DNA of 34,194 nucleotides from Candidatus Taylorbacteria bacterium RIFCSPLOWO2_02_FULL_44_35 (GCA_001822695.1 MHSF01000012.1:1-34194), one strand, 5' to 3'. Positions 8,361 through 18,398 are shown, counted from the first letter of the stretch. Made by a program: numbers and translations. Notes: generated from the sequence alone by a model not told the origin.

Positions 8361-9929
8361 TTATCTCTGGTCTAAAGGGAGGGTGATTGTGAATTTGCTT
8401 CCTTTTCCTTCGCCTTCCGAAAAAACTTGGATTTTACCTCCATGCCGTTCCACAATGATTTTTGCCATAAAGAGGCCGACGCCGACCCCTTCGGTGTCGA
8501 CGCGTTTCGCGGCGGTCGAGCGAAAGAATTTTGAGAAAATTCGCGTTTGGTCTTCGTGAGAAATGCCGATGCCGGTATCTTTCACGCGAATAATGGCCTC
8601 ATTGCCATTGGTATTAACGGAAACAGTAACCACGCCTCCGGTAGCCGTATAAGCCAGCGCGTTTTCAAGAATGGTCCTTAATACAAAGCGTATTTTGACT
8701 GAATCTAAAAAAACCTCCGGCAAATTATTAGTCATTTGAAAAACGATTCGTACCCCTTTCTCTGAAAACCATTTAAGATAAGGCATTATGATTGGGCGGA
8801 TAAAAGTTTCAAGCTTGACCGCTTCTCGGCGATACATGTAATTTTCTTTTCCGGAATCAGAAAGAGTAGTCAACAGATTGGTAAGTTCTACCAGCCGATT
8901 GTTGGAAATTTTAATGTCCTCAATTTGTTTGCGCTGTTCTGTCGGCAGTTTAATTTTCATAAGCTCTTCCGTTGTCCATTTAATGTGAGTGAGCGGAGTG
9001 CGGAATTTATGGGTAATTATTGTGACGAACTCATATTTCAGCAAATCAGTTTCGCGGATTTTTCGCCAAACGAATACCCCGATGCCGACCGCGATTAGCG
9101 ACGCCAATGACGGAATGAGCCATAAGGGAAATGCCGGATACCGAGCGGCAATAAAATTATTGGAGAAACTGATAAAAATAATGGAAAGACTCATTGCCAC
9201 GACAGTCAAAGCGTAAAGAAATGCTCGTTTGGCTAAAATACGAATGTCCAGCAATTGATAGAAAAGCACGCCGTAGACAAACGGTACGGCATAAAAGAAA
9301 ACAAAGAACAAGCCCCAATTCGGGTCAACTGGAATGTTAAAAACTAAAAGAACCGGAATGAACCCGATAGAGTATCCGAGGGTGAGAGCGAGAAAAAAAT
9401 ATTTGAGCCGATTTCTCATTACCGGGTCTCCCTGTTGATAGGCCCTGAACATCGCCAAAAGGAAATAGACGGGAATGATAAAATTGAAAATGACTCTCAT
9501 TGCCCAATGATAGGCGCCGGCTTCGTAGTAATTTGGAAAATATAATTTCGGTGTTGAAGGCGCGAGAAAAGCGTCCGGTTGTAACAAGTAAAACAGCGTC
9601 AGAAAAATACCCGAAGCGTAAAAAAAAGCGATTAAGTAGCGTTTTTCGCGGGCTTTGCCGATAACCGAAAGCACGCAGTGGACATTAAACATAACGATAA
9701 AAATAATAGAAACGTTAAACATCAGCGCCGCCCGAGAAGAAAGCGGGTCGGTAAGATTAACTCCGATTACATGCGAAATGTAGAAAACCGATACCGAAAG
9801 CATTGTCAAGGCCAGAGTTGTATTCGCCACTTTTCGCGGATGTCCGAAATAAGTGAAAAGCGCCAAACCAAGCGAGACAATTGCCGAAAGGACTGAACCG
9901 ATGTTGTGAATAAGGAGGCTAAGATTCAT
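8361..9929 (-). CDS. multi-TM sensor histidine kinase, paralog of 1103-2665
   Basis: THKFRTPL, ENALAY, DTGIGI, FSKFFR, GVGVGL. Shares 'PKLY.PN' and 'RN.LKYF' with the first kinase. ATG at 9929 has TATAAT 6 nt upstream. Confidence 0.88.
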   Translation of the reverse strand: MNLSLLIHNIGSVLSAIVSLGLALFTYFGHPRKVANTTLALTMLSVSVFYISHVIGVNLTDPLSSRAALMFNVSIIFIVMFNVHCVLSVIGKAREKRYLIAFFYASGIFLTLFYLLQPDAFLAPSTPKLYFPNYYEAGAYHWAMRVIFNFIIPVYFLLAMFRAYQQGDPVMRNRLKYFFLALTLGYSIGFIPVLLVFNIPVDPNWGLFFVFFYAVPFVYGVLFYQLLDIRILAKRAFLYALTVVAMSLSIIFISFSNNFIAARYPAFPLWLIPSLASLIAVGIGVFVWRKIRETDLLKYEFVTIITHKFRTPLTHIKWTTEELMKIKLPTEQRKQIEDIKISNNRLVELTNLLTTLSDSGKENYMYRREAVKLETFIRPIIMPYLKWFSEKGVRIVFQMTNNLPEVFLDSVKIRFVLRTILENALAYTATGGVVTVSVNTNGNEAIIRVKDTGIGISHEDQTRIFSKFFRSTAAKRVDTEGVGVGLFMAKIIVERHGGKIQVFSEGEGKGSKFTITLPLDQR

Positions 9930-9961
9930 GTGGCAATTATAACACAACATTATTGGCTTAT

Positions 9962-9987
9962 AAAAAAACCCCCGTCCAAACGGGGGT
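9962..9987 (-). terminator. intrinsic terminator downstream of comF
   Basis: acccccgt-ccaa-acgggggt with a 7-A tract on its left. Confidence 0.7.
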
Positions 9988-10035
9988 ATGAGATTGGTCG
10001 GTTGGCGATTATTTATTTTCCAACCGAAGGATGAA

Positions 10036-10050
10036 GGATGTCAGACATCC
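10036..10050. repeat. REP-like palindrome variant
   Basis: ggatgtc-a-gacatcc, a compensatory variant of ggatatc-a-gatatcc. Confidence 0.55.
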
Positions 10051-10108
10051 GTAAAATTCTTTTTGCGGCTCTTCACTTGCCCAAGAAAATTTTGATGTAT
10101 TTCTTGTT

Positions 10109-10759
10109 TCAATGGGCGAGAGCGATGCCGAGGATTTTTTTGGCGCCGGCGCGGCGCAAGGTTTTCCGCGCTTCGCTTAAAGTGGCGCCGGTGGTGGCTA
10201 CATCGTCAACGACGATAATGTTGCGGCCGAGAGGGCTTTCACTGACCGCGAAAGCGCCGCGCAGATTTTTCAGGCGGCTGGCGCGCGAATCGGATTTGGT
10301 TTGGCTGGGCGTGTCTTTAACTTTGATTAAGAGTTTTTTTCGGATTTCAAAAATTCCATTTATGTCCAATTTTGCCAATTCGTCCAGCAGAATTTCACAT
10401 TGATTGAAACCGCGTTCCCGATGGCGTTTTTTGGAAAGGGGAATGGGAACAATTAGCGGCTGGGAAAAATTTTCGAAAATTTCCCGTTCGCTAAGTTCCG
10501 CCGTCAATTCGTCAAACAAACATTCGGCGAGCAAGGCGGCAATTAGCGCATTGCCGCGGTATTTGAGCTCCCAAATTGCCGTTCTGACCAATGGGTCGCA
10601 GTAATCAAAAAAAGCGATCAGTTCTTCACGGCCGTTTAGCTCGCGGGAATGTTTGGCGCGGCCAGCAAAGCCGGCCGCGCCCATTTTTTCCAGTTCCGCC
10701 ACTGCCGGCGCTTTCGGCAGGAAAAAATCCAGAAGCCAATTCAGCCATTTTCTAAGCAT
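10109..10759 (-). CDS. comF: ComF family competence protein (PRTase fold)
   Basis: LKY, VPIPLSKKRHRERGFNQ, VVDDVATTGATL. ATG at 10759 has TATGAT 6 nt upstream. Confidence 0.9.
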   Translation of the reverse strand: MLRKWLNWLLDFFLPKAPAVAELEKMGAAGFAGRAKHSRELNGREELIAFFDYCDPLVRTAIWELKYRGNALIAALLAECLFDELTAELSEREIFENFSQPLIVPIPLSKKRHRERGFNQCEILLDELAKLDINGIFEIRKKLLIKVKDTPSQTKSDSRASRLKNLRGAFAVSESPLGRNIIVVDDVATTGATLSEARKTLRRAGAKKILGIALAH

Positions 10760-10897
10760 ACCGATATCATATCTTGAATTACGCAACGACTCCAAGAACA
10801 CCAGATTCGTTAAGGCAAAACTCGTTGGCAGTGTTTCTTGAAAATTGAATTCGGGAGCAGGGAATTTTTAAAATAATGTGATACAATAACTCAAACT

Positions 10898-12025
10898 ATG
10901 GCATTTTTTTCAAAAATTTTCAGCAGTGTGATAGGCGGTAGTGTTGGCAAAACAAGCGTTATTGGCGTTGATGTCGGTTCTTCGGCGCTGAAAATCGTGG
11001 AGCTTAGAGAAAAAGGCGGCCGGGCGGTGCTTGGCACTTACGGCGCATTGGCGCTCGGTCCTTACGCTAATGTTTCCGTCGGCCAAGTGACCAGATTGCC
11101 CAATGAAAAAATTGCCGAAGCGTTGCGCGATGTTTTGCGCGAAGCCAACGCTTCCAGCAAAGTTTGCAGTTTTGCCATTCCCTTGTCAACCAGTTTACTA
11201 TCGCTGATTGAAATGCCGGTTTTGGACCAAAAACAATTGCCGCAAATGGTGCCGATTGAAGCCAGGAAATATATTCCAGTGCCGATGAGTGATGTGACAT
11301 TGGATTGGTGGGTGATACCAAAGAACGAACGGGAAGCGACTGTCAATCCAGCTGACCCGGCCGCCAAAATTCAGAAAGTCAAACTGGCGGATATTCTTTT
11401 GGTGGTGATTCAAAACGCCGCCCTCAATAATTATCGGGAAATTGTCAGGTTGACCGGTTTAGATGTTTCCTTTTTTGAGGTTGAAGCGTTCAGCACTATC
11501 CGAGCGGTGATGAATAGGGAGACAGCGCCGGTGATGATTTTTGATATGGGCGCCGGCGCCACCAAACTTTACATTGTGGAAATAGGCATCGTTAGAATTT
11601 CCCACACCATCAATCGCGGTTCGCAAGACATTACCATGGCTTTGGCCCAATCGCTCGATATCACTGTGGCCGAGGCGGAAAAATTAAAACGGGACAAAGG
11701 ATTAATCGCCGAGGGTAATGCCGGTACCGCCGAAACAGCATCGATAATTTTGAGCTATATTTTTGCCGAGGCCAATCGGGTGTTGGTCGGTTATCAAAGG
11801 AAAAGCGGTAAAGTGGTGCGGCGGGTGATTTTGACCGGCGGCGGTTCAGTGTTGAAGGGGATTTTGCCATTCGCCAAACAAAATTTGGAATCGGAAGTGG
11901 AATTGGCCGACCCATTTGCCAAAGTAGACGCGCCGGCTTTTCTCCAAGGCGTGCTCAAAGATGCTGGTCCCCAATTTACTGTCGCTCTCGGCGTTGCTCT
12001 GCGCCAGTTGCAAGAGTTGGGGTAG
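10898..12025 (+). CDS. pilM: type IV pilus assembly protein PilM
   Basis: Actin-like fold motifs GVDVGSSALKIVEL, EARKYIP, DMGAGAT, LTGGGS, VALGVALR. Confidence 0.92.
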   Translation: MAFFSKIFSSVIGGSVGKTSVIGVDVGSSALKIVELREKGGRAVLGTYGALALGPYANVSVGQVTRLPNEKIAEALRDVLREANASSKVCSFAIPLSTSLLSLIEMPVLDQKQLPQMVPIEARKYIPVPMSDVTLDWWVIPKNEREATVNPADPAAKIQKVKLADILLVVIQNAALNNYREIVRLTGLDVSFFEVEAFSTIRAVMNRETAPVMIFDMGAGATKLYIVEIGIVRISHTINRGSQDITMALAQSLDITVAEAEKLKRDKGLIAEGNAGTAETASIILSYIFAEANRVLVGYQRKSGKVVRRVILTGGGSVLKGILPFAKQNLESEVELADPFAKVDAPAFLQGVLKDAGPQFTVALGVALRQLQELG

Positions 12026-12061
12026 CATTGCGGTAATAAGGGAGGTATAATATATAGGAAT

Positions 12062-12655
12062 ATGGACAGCAAGTTTCAACAATCATTCATTCCTAAAGAA
12101 TCGTTGGGCAGCGGGATGAATTTTCGCGTCGGGCAAGGACTGGGAATTTTTCCGCTTACTGCCATCGTGATTTTTTTGATTTCCGCCGGCGCTTTCGGAG
12201 TGGTCTATCTTTATAAACAATCCGTGGCCAAAGAAATTTCTACACTGGACGCCGATTTGGCGCGGACGCGGGAAGTTTTCCAACCGGCGACTATTGCTGA
12301 ATTCAAAAAATTAAGCAATCGTTTGTCGGTGGCCGACAAACTGCTTAATAATCACACCGCCCTCTCGCAAGTTTTTGGCGTTTTGGAGGCAGCAACGCTT
12401 AAGTCGGTTTATTTCAACAGTTTTTACTTAGCCGGCGCTGACAAAGGATTTTCGCTGGTCTTGAAAGGCGTTGCCAAAAATTTCAGCTCGGTGGCTTCGC
12501 AGTCGGATGTTTTCGGCAAGGACCAAATGATCAAGAACCCGATTTTTTCCAATCTTAACTTAGACCAAAGGGGCAATGTGGTCTTTGATATTACCGCCTC
12601 GGTCGATCCGGCGCTTTTATATTACAAAAACAACCTTGGCCGAGCTAATCAATGA
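12062..12655 (+). CDS. PilN-like pilus assembly protein
   Basis: N-terminal SFIPK, one TM, coiled coil, 'LKGVA'; follows pilM. Confidence 0.75.
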   Translation: MDSKFQQSFIPKESLGSGMNFRVGQGLGIFPLTAIVIFLISAGAFGVVYLYKQSVAKEISTLDADLARTREVFQPATIAEFKKLSNRLSVADKLLNNHTALSQVFGVLEAATLKSVYFNSFYLAGADKGFSLVLKGVAKNFSSVASQSDVFGKDQMIKNPIFSNLNLDQRGNVVFDITASVDPALLYYKNNLGRANQ

Positions 12656-13224
12656 AAAATATTATCTCTTTGATTTTAATAGCGGCGGCGGTTTGGATTT
12701 TTTGGAGTTATACCGACCCGATTTACAAAGAAACCAAGGGACTCAAGGAAATCAGAACCGATTACAAAACCAAACTGGCGCAAGCCAATGAGTTTCGGCA
12801 AAAGTATGAGAATCTCGCCGCCGAATATCAAAGTTTTTCCGAAACTGACATCACTCGTCTTTCGCGGCTGGTGCCTGACACGGTGGCCACGGTGCGTTTA
12901 GTGATGGATGTTAGTGACATCGCTGCTAAACAGAACTTGCTCATTAAAAATATTAAAATCAGCGAGCCAGCTAAGGAAACGGGAGCCGATTTAACGCCCG
13001 GAGCGATTCGCCTCGGCGCAACCGACCAGGATTTTAACAGCATCGATTTAAATTTTTCGGTAACCGGCAGTTATGAGCGGTTTGTCGCGTTTCTCCAAGA
13101 TTTGGAGAGAAGCTTGAGGATTTTAGATGTGACCGAAATAAAATTCGCGGCGACTGATTCCGCCAAAGGAGATAGTGATAGTTATGATTTCAATCTGGGC
13201 CTAAGGTCTTACTGGTTAAAATAA
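12652..13224 (+). CDS. pilO: PilO-like pilus assembly protein
   Basis: TM, coiled coil, LVPD, FSVTGSYERFVAFLQDLERSLRILDV; ATGA overlap with the upstream gene. Confidence 0.82.
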   Translation: MKNIISLILIAAAVWIFWSYTDPIYKETKGLKEIRTDYKTKLAQANEFRQKYENLAAEYQSFSETDITRLSRLVPDTVATVRLVMDVSDIAAKQNLLIKNIKISEPAKETGADLTPGAIRLGATDQDFNSIDLNFSVTGSYERFVAFLQDLERSLRILDVTEIKFAATDSAKGDSDSYDFNLGLRSYWLK

Positions 13225-13227
13225 CTT

Positions 13228-13530
13228 ATGCATCAGAATAAATCGAAAAAAAATAAAATGTTGATTCTTGCCGCGGTGGTAATTGTTGCCGCTTTCATCG
13301 GTTACTCGCTGTTTTTAACCGACCGGACCGACAATTTGGCTTTGGTTTCGCCGCAAGGCGTGAATCAGAGCCAAACGGCGCGTGATTTGCTTGTCTTATT
13401 TGCCGAGTTGTCAGCGTTTGATTTGAATCCGGCTGTTTTGAGTAATCCGGCTTTTGTCTCGCTTGAGGATTTCTCGCGGGAAATTCCCAGTGAGCCGGCG
13501 GGTCGAACCAATCCATTCGTTCCGATTTAG
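13228..13530 (+). CDS. small pilus-cluster protein in the PilP position
   Basis: 100 aa, TM, C-terminal GRTNPF motif. Confidence 0.7.
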   Translation: MHQNKSKKNKMLILAAVVIVAAFIGYSLFLTDRTDNLALVSPQGVNQSQTARDLLVLFAELSAFDLNPAVLSNPAFVSLEDFSREIPSEPAGRTNPFVPI

Positions 13531-13552
13531 TTTTAGTTTTTTGATTTTTTCC

Positions 13553-15274
13553 ATGGGCATTTTAGAAATGTTGGTCAAAAAAAATATCATTGCCGACGAA
13601 GATGTGTTGGCAATCAAGAAAGAACTGAAAAAAACGGGCGCTAAACTGGATGAAGTTTTGCAAAATCGCGGCGTGACGCTAACTGACCTTTTGGCGATTA
13701 AGGCAGGATTTTACGGTTTGTCGGTAAAGGTCCTGGACAATCAAGGTATTCCCTTTGAAGTTTTGCGTTATGTGCCGGAAGAGTCGGCGACTCATTACAA
13801 ATTCGCTCCTCTTGGCATTGTCGACGGTGCTTTGGAAATTGGCATGGTGGAGCCGGACAACATTGAAGCGCGCGACGCCCTGAATTTTATTTCTTCAAAA
13901 GTGGGCATACCCTATAAGGCCTATTTAATTTCTCAAGCCGATTTTGAAAAAATTGCCCAGATGTATAAAGGGTTGTCCGGCGAAGTGTCGCAGGCCTTGA
14001 CTGAATTAGAAACGGAATTGGCCGGCGACCAGATGGAATTGGCGGAGACCAGAGTCGAATCGGGTAAAGATGGCGAAAGTAGCACCAGAATCGTCGAGGA
14101 TGCGCCGGTGACGAAAATTGTTGCCACCATTCTTCACTATGCCGTGGAAGGCAGCGCTTCCGATATTCACATTGAACATTTGGGTGAGAAGATACGGGTC
14201 CGTTTCCGAGTGGACGGCGTCTTGAATACCAGTTTAATTTTACCAGCCCAAGTTCACTCGGCGGTAGTGGCCCGGGTAAAAATTCTTTCCAATATGCGCT
14301 TGGATGAAAAACGGAAACCGCAGGATGGACGATTCAGCGCTCGCATCAGCGGCCGCAAAATTGATTTTCGCGTTTCTACTTTTCCGGCTTATTACGGCGA
14401 AAAGGTGGTGATGAGAATTTTGGATTCGGAAAGAGGCGTTAAGAGTTTGGAATCAATGGGTTTGTCGACTCGCAATCTCCAGCTGATTCGCGCCGCGATT
14501 CAGCGGCCTTACGGCATGGTTCTGATTTCTGGTCCTACTGGTTCGGGTAAGTCCACGACTCTTTATTCTATGTTGAAAGAAGTGGACAAGGAAACGAAAA
14601 ATGTCTTGAGCTTGGAGGATCCGGTGGAATACAACATTCCCGGTATGAGCCAGTCGCAGGTTAGGCCGGAAATCGGTTACACTTTCGCTAATGGCTTGCG
14701 CACTACTTTGCGCCAAGACCCGGATGTCATTATGGTTGGCGAGATTCGCGACAAAGAAACTGCCGGTCTGGCGATTCAGGCGGCGCTGACCGGCCACCTG
14801 GTTTTCTCCACCATTCACACCAACAATGCCATTGGCGTCATTCCTCGTTTGTTGGATATGGAGGTTGATCCTTACTTGATTCCTCCGACCTTGATTTTGG
14901 CGATTGCCCAGCGCTTGGTAAAAACCATTTGTCCTAATTCCGGCAAACCAATTCCAGTAGAAGGCAGTATCAAGTTAATGGTGGAAAAGCAATTTGCTGA
15001 TTTGCCGGCGCAGTATCGTTCTCAAATTCCCATCGGCAAAGATGTGTTGGGGGCAATACCATCGCCGGAATGTCCCAAGGGTACGCATGGCCGGACGGCG
15101 GTAATGGAGGTTTTGGAAATGAACCATGATCTGGAAGCGGCGATTTTGAAAGGCGTCAGCGAAGCGGAGATGTTCAAAATTGCTCGGGCTCAAGGCATGT
15201 TGACGATGAAAGAAGACGCACTGGTCAAGTCCTTCCGTCACGAAATTCCCTTTGAGGAGGTAAATGAGTTATAA
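13553..15274 (+). CDS. pilB: type IV pilus assembly ATPase PilB (GspE family)
   Basis: ASDIHIE, PQDGRF, GPTGSGKSTT, LRQDPDVIMVGEIRD, TGHLVFSTIHTN; ATG at 13553 preferred. Confidence 0.93.
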   Translation: MGILEMLVKKNIIADEDVLAIKKELKKTGAKLDEVLQNRGVTLTDLLAIKAGFYGLSVKVLDNQGIPFEVLRYVPEESATHYKFAPLGIVDGALEIGMVEPDNIEARDALNFISSKVGIPYKAYLISQADFEKIAQMYKGLSGEVSQALTELETELAGDQMELAETRVESGKDGESSTRIVEDAPVTKIVATILHYAVEGSASDIHIEHLGEKIRVRFRVDGVLNTSLILPAQVHSAVVARVKILSNMRLDEKRKPQDGRFSARISGRKIDFRVSTFPAYYGEKVVMRILDSERGVKSLESMGLSTRNLQLIRAAIQRPYGMVLISGPTGSGKSTTLYSMLKEVDKETKNVLSLEDPVEYNIPGMSQSQVRPEIGYTFANGLRTTLRQDPDVIMVGEIRDKETAGLAIQAALTGHLVFSTIHTNNAIGVIPRLLDMEVDPYLIPPTLILAIAQRLVKTICPNSGKPIPVEGSIKLMVEKQFADLPAQYRSQIPIGKDVLGAIPSPECPKGTHGRTAVMEVLEMNHDLEAAILKGVSEAEMFKIARAQGMLTMKEDALVKSFRHEIPFEEVNEL

Positions 15275-15360
15275 TAAAGACATTCAAAATGTAAATATCA
15301 AAATGAAAAATGACAATGTAAAATAAAAAGTTTTGATTTTTTAACTTTAAATTAAATAAT

Positions 15361-15756
15361 GTGGCAGAAGAGAAAAAAGAAAAAGTGCTCATTGTGGACG
15401 ATGACAAGTTTCTTTTGAGCATGTATGCCGTCAAGTTCAAGAACCGCGGTTTTGAGGTGGACACGGCGCTAAGTGGGGCGGAAGCTCTAAGTAAACTTCA
15501 AAGTGATAAAGTGCCGGGTATTATTATTCTGGACTTGATTATGCCTGGTATGGACGGCCATGAATTTATGGCGAAAGTTCGGGAACAAAAGCTGGCGCCG
15601 AAAGCGACAGTGGTTGTTTTGACCAATCAAGGCCAGCCGGAAGATATTGAAAAAGCCAAAAAATACAATATCCAAGGTTACATCGTCAAAGCCAGCACTA
15701 TTCCGTCGGAGGTGTTGGAGGAGGTAATGAAGATGCACCAAAGAAAAAACAATTGA
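15361..15756 (+). CDS. single-domain response regulator (CheY-like receiver)
   Basis: LIVDDD, LDLIMPGMDG, LTN, YIVK; GTG start. Confidence 0.9.
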   Translation: MAEEKKEKVLIVDDDKFLLSMYAVKFKNRGFEVDTALSGAEALSKLQSDKVPGIIILDLIMPGMDGHEFMAKVREQKLAPKATVVVLTNQGQPEDIEKAKKYNIQGYIVKASTIPSEVLEEVMKMHQRKNN

Positions 15757-15766
15757 AAATTGAAAA

Positions 15767-15804
15767 TTGAAAAATCAAAAATTAAAATGACAATTTAAAA
15801 TCTT
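15767..15804. repeat. 38-bp AT-rich dispersed repeat, copy 1
   Basis: Identical to 18239-18276. Confidence 0.85.
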
Positions 15805-15831
15805 CCATTTTGATATTTACATTTTTAATAT

Positions 15832-16893
15832 ATGGATTACGCCAAAGAACTTGAACAATTAATCACGACTGTTATTAAAGAAGGCGGTTCGGATTTGCAC
15901 CTTGCCGCAGGCCGCCACCCAACCATTCGGGTGGCAGGCGCGCTAATTCCACTTCTGAAGCATAGAGTGCTTTCCAAAGAAGACACCTTAGGTTTTGTCA
16001 CCGAACTTTTAACGCCGGAGAACAAGAAACGGTTTTTGGAGACGAAAGAAATAGATTTTTCTTATAGTTATAAAGACCAAGCGCGTTTTCGCGGCAACGG
16101 TTATTTTCAGCAGGGAGCGGTTGGCTTCGCCTTGAGATTGATTCCCAGAAAAATTAGGACATTGGAAGAATTGAATTTGCCGCCGATCCTCGCCACTTTT
16201 GCTGAAAAACAACAAGGTTTTTTCTTGGTGGTGGGTCCCGTTGGGCACGGCAAGACGACAACTTTGGCGGCGCTCATTGACCTCATTAATAGCGCTCGGT
16301 CGGAGCATATTATTACTATTGAAGACCCGATTGAATATATTTTTGAAGAAAAACATTCCATTATTGACCAGCGGGAAGTGAAGATTGACACCAAAGATTT
16401 TCAGACGGCTTTGACGGCGATGTTTCGGGAGGATGTGAATGTTGTGATGATTGGCGAAATGCGCGAGTCGGAAACCATCACTGCCGCTGTTACCGCCGCC
16501 GAGACCGGCCATTTCGTCCTTTCCACTTTGCATACCAACAATGCCGCCCAAACGATTGATAGAATCATTGATTCTTTTCAGGCCGATCAACAGGGGCAGA
16601 TTCGTCTCCAACTTTCCGAGACCTTGACTGGTATTTTTTCTCAACGTCTGGTGCCGCGAATTTCCGGCGGTTTAATCCCGGCTTACGAGCTTTTAATCGC
16701 TAATAGCGCGATCGCGAATTTGATTCGCGAAAGACGCACCCATGAAATCAATACTGTCATTGAAACCGGTTTGGAGCAGGGAATGATTGATATCAACCGG
16801 TCGCTGATTGACCTTGTTCGGCGCAATGAAATCACCGTTGCCGACGCTTACCGTTATACCACCAACCCGAGGTCGTTGGAAAGAATGATGTAG
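15832..16893 (+). CDS. pilT: pilus retraction ATPase PilT
   Basis: GSDLHL, GPVGHGKTTT, IEDPIE, AAETGH, STLHTN, AIANLIRE. Confidence 0.93.
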   Translation: MDYAKELEQLITTVIKEGGSDLHLAAGRHPTIRVAGALIPLLKHRVLSKEDTLGFVTELLTPENKKRFLETKEIDFSYSYKDQARFRGNGYFQQGAVGFALRLIPRKIRTLEELNLPPILATFAEKQQGFFLVVGPVGHGKTTTLAALIDLINSARSEHIITIEDPIEYIFEEKHSIIDQREVKIDTKDFQTALTAMFREDVNVVMIGEMRESETITAAVTAAETGHFVLSTLHTNNAAQTIDRIIDSFQADQQGQIRLQLSETLTGIFSQRLVPRISGGLIPAYELLIANSAIANLIRERRTHEINTVIETGLEQGMIDINRSLIDLVRRNEITVADAYRYTTNPRSLERMM

Positions 16894-16899
16894 TAGCAG

Positions 16900-17019
16900 A
16901 AATTTTCCAATTACTAATTTCTAATGTCTAACCAACTTTCAATGACAAAATTCCTAATTAGACATTTGAGTATTAGATATTAATTAGAAATTAGTTATTA
17001 GGAATTAGAAATTTTAGAC
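16900..17019. repeat. heptamer-periodic imperfect inverted repeat
   Basis: caattac taatttc taatgtc ... tagaaat tagttat taggaat tagaaat; the two arms are complementary. Confidence 0.7.
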
Positions 17020-17020
17020 T

Positions 17021-18229
17021 ATGCTTTTCAAATACCAAGCGATAAATCAAAATGGCCAGCCGGAGCAGGGTGACATTGAAGCGATCAATGTGGAAGTGGC
17101 AATCTCGTCGCTTCAGCGGCGCGGCCTTACCCTCTCTAAAATCACGCCAGCCGAGAGCGATTCATTATTTGCCAAGAATATTTCTTTTTTGAATCATGTT
17201 TCCAATAAGGATGTGGTGATGCTGTCGCGTCAAATGTCTACGCTTTTTGAGGCGCAGGTTTCGGCGTTGCGGATTTTCCGGCTCTTGTCGGCCGAGGCGG
17301 AAAAGCCGGTGATCAGAAAAACTTTGAGCGCCGTTGCTGACGATTTGCAGAGCGGCAGTTCTATCGCTAAAGCGTTGGCTAAACACCCGAAAGTCTTTTC
17401 TGAATTTTATGTCAGTATGGTTCGGGTTGGCGAGGAGACCGGTAAATTGGACCAGACGCTTTCCTATCTGGCTGATTATCTGGACCGTTCTTACGAGGTG
17501 ACTTCCAAAGCCAAGAACGCCATGATTTACCCGGCTTTCGTTGTCGTTGTCTTTATCGGCGTGATGGTTTTAATGCTGACCAAGATTATTCCCAGCCTCA
17601 CGGTGATTTTGAAAGAATCGGGGCAAGATATTCCGATTTACACTAAGGCGGTGATTTTTGTGAGCGATTTTTTGGTCAATTATGGCTTATTCCTTTTGCT
17701 GGGAGTCATTGCCGGCGCGGCGGTGTTGTGGCGGATGACTCGGACACCGTCTGGGCGATTTGCACTTTCCCAGTTTAAACTAAAAATACCCTACATCGGC
17801 GATCTTTACCGGAAACTTTATCTTTCCCGCCTTGCCGACAATTTACATACCATGTTGGCTAGCGCCATCCCGATTGTCAGGGCGTTAGAAATTACTTCTT
17901 CGGTAGTCGGTGACGAGGTCTACCAGGCCATTCTCTTGGAAGTGACCGATTTGGTCAAAAGTGGCAGCGCGCTCTCGGATGCGATGTCGCGTTACCCGGA
18001 GATTCCTGGCATTCTGGTTCAGATGTCTAAAGTTGGCGAGGAATCGGGCGAACTTGGCAATGTTTTAAAGACCTTGGCGAAATTTTATCAACGGGAGGTG
18101 ACCAATGCGGTGGACACAATGATTGGTCTGATTGAACCGGCAATGATTATCGCTTTGGCGGTCGGCGTCGGTTTCCTCTTGACCGCGGTTTTGATGCCGA
18201 TTTACAATATAGCGGGAGGAATCCAATGA
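17021..18229 (+). CDS. pilC: type IV pilus platform protein PilC (GspF family)
   Basis: Two GspF repeats (VGEETGKLD, VGEESGELG), AMIYP, LIEP. Confidence 0.93.
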   Translation: MLFKYQAINQNGQPEQGDIEAINVEVAISSLQRRGLTLSKITPAESDSLFAKNISFLNHVSNKDVVMLSRQMSTLFEAQVSALRIFRLLSAEAEKPVIRKTLSAVADDLQSGSSIAKALAKHPKVFSEFYVSMVRVGEETGKLDQTLSYLADYLDRSYEVTSKAKNAMIYPAFVVVVFIGVMVLMLTKIIPSLTVILKESGQDIPIYTKAVIFVSDFLVNYGLFLLLGVIAGAAVLWRMTRTPSGRFALSQFKLKIPYIGDLYRKLYLSRLADNLHTMLASAIPIVRALEITSSVVGDEVYQAILLEVTDLVKSGSALSDAMSRYPEIPGILVQMSKVGEESGELGNVLKTLAKFYQREVTNAVDTMIGLIEPAMIIALAVGVGFLLTAVLMPIYNIAGGIQ

Positions 18230-18238
18230 AAATAAAAG

Positions 18239-18276
18239 TTGAAAAATCAAAAATTAAAATGACAATTTAAAATCTT
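18239..18276. repeat. 38-bp AT-rich dispersed repeat, copy 2
   Basis: Identical to 15767-15804. Confidence 0.85.
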
Positions 18277-18398
18277 AAAATTTTCCATTTTGATGTTTAC
18301 GTTTTCCATTTCTTAATTATCCCCACCCCCATTTGCTATTTGGCACGGTTTGGTATAATGAAAAGGTCGAAACAATTAATAGTTTTTATTTTTATTCA

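Noticed and set aside
7304-10284. comF duplicate as a diversity-generating retroelement template/variable repeat pair
   Set aside because: The differences are silent and not confined to adenines, and there is no reverse transcriptase in the window.
15281-18310. AT-rich repeats as a CRISPR array
   Set aside because: No regular repeat-spacer period, the copies are separated by whole genes, and there are no cas genes.
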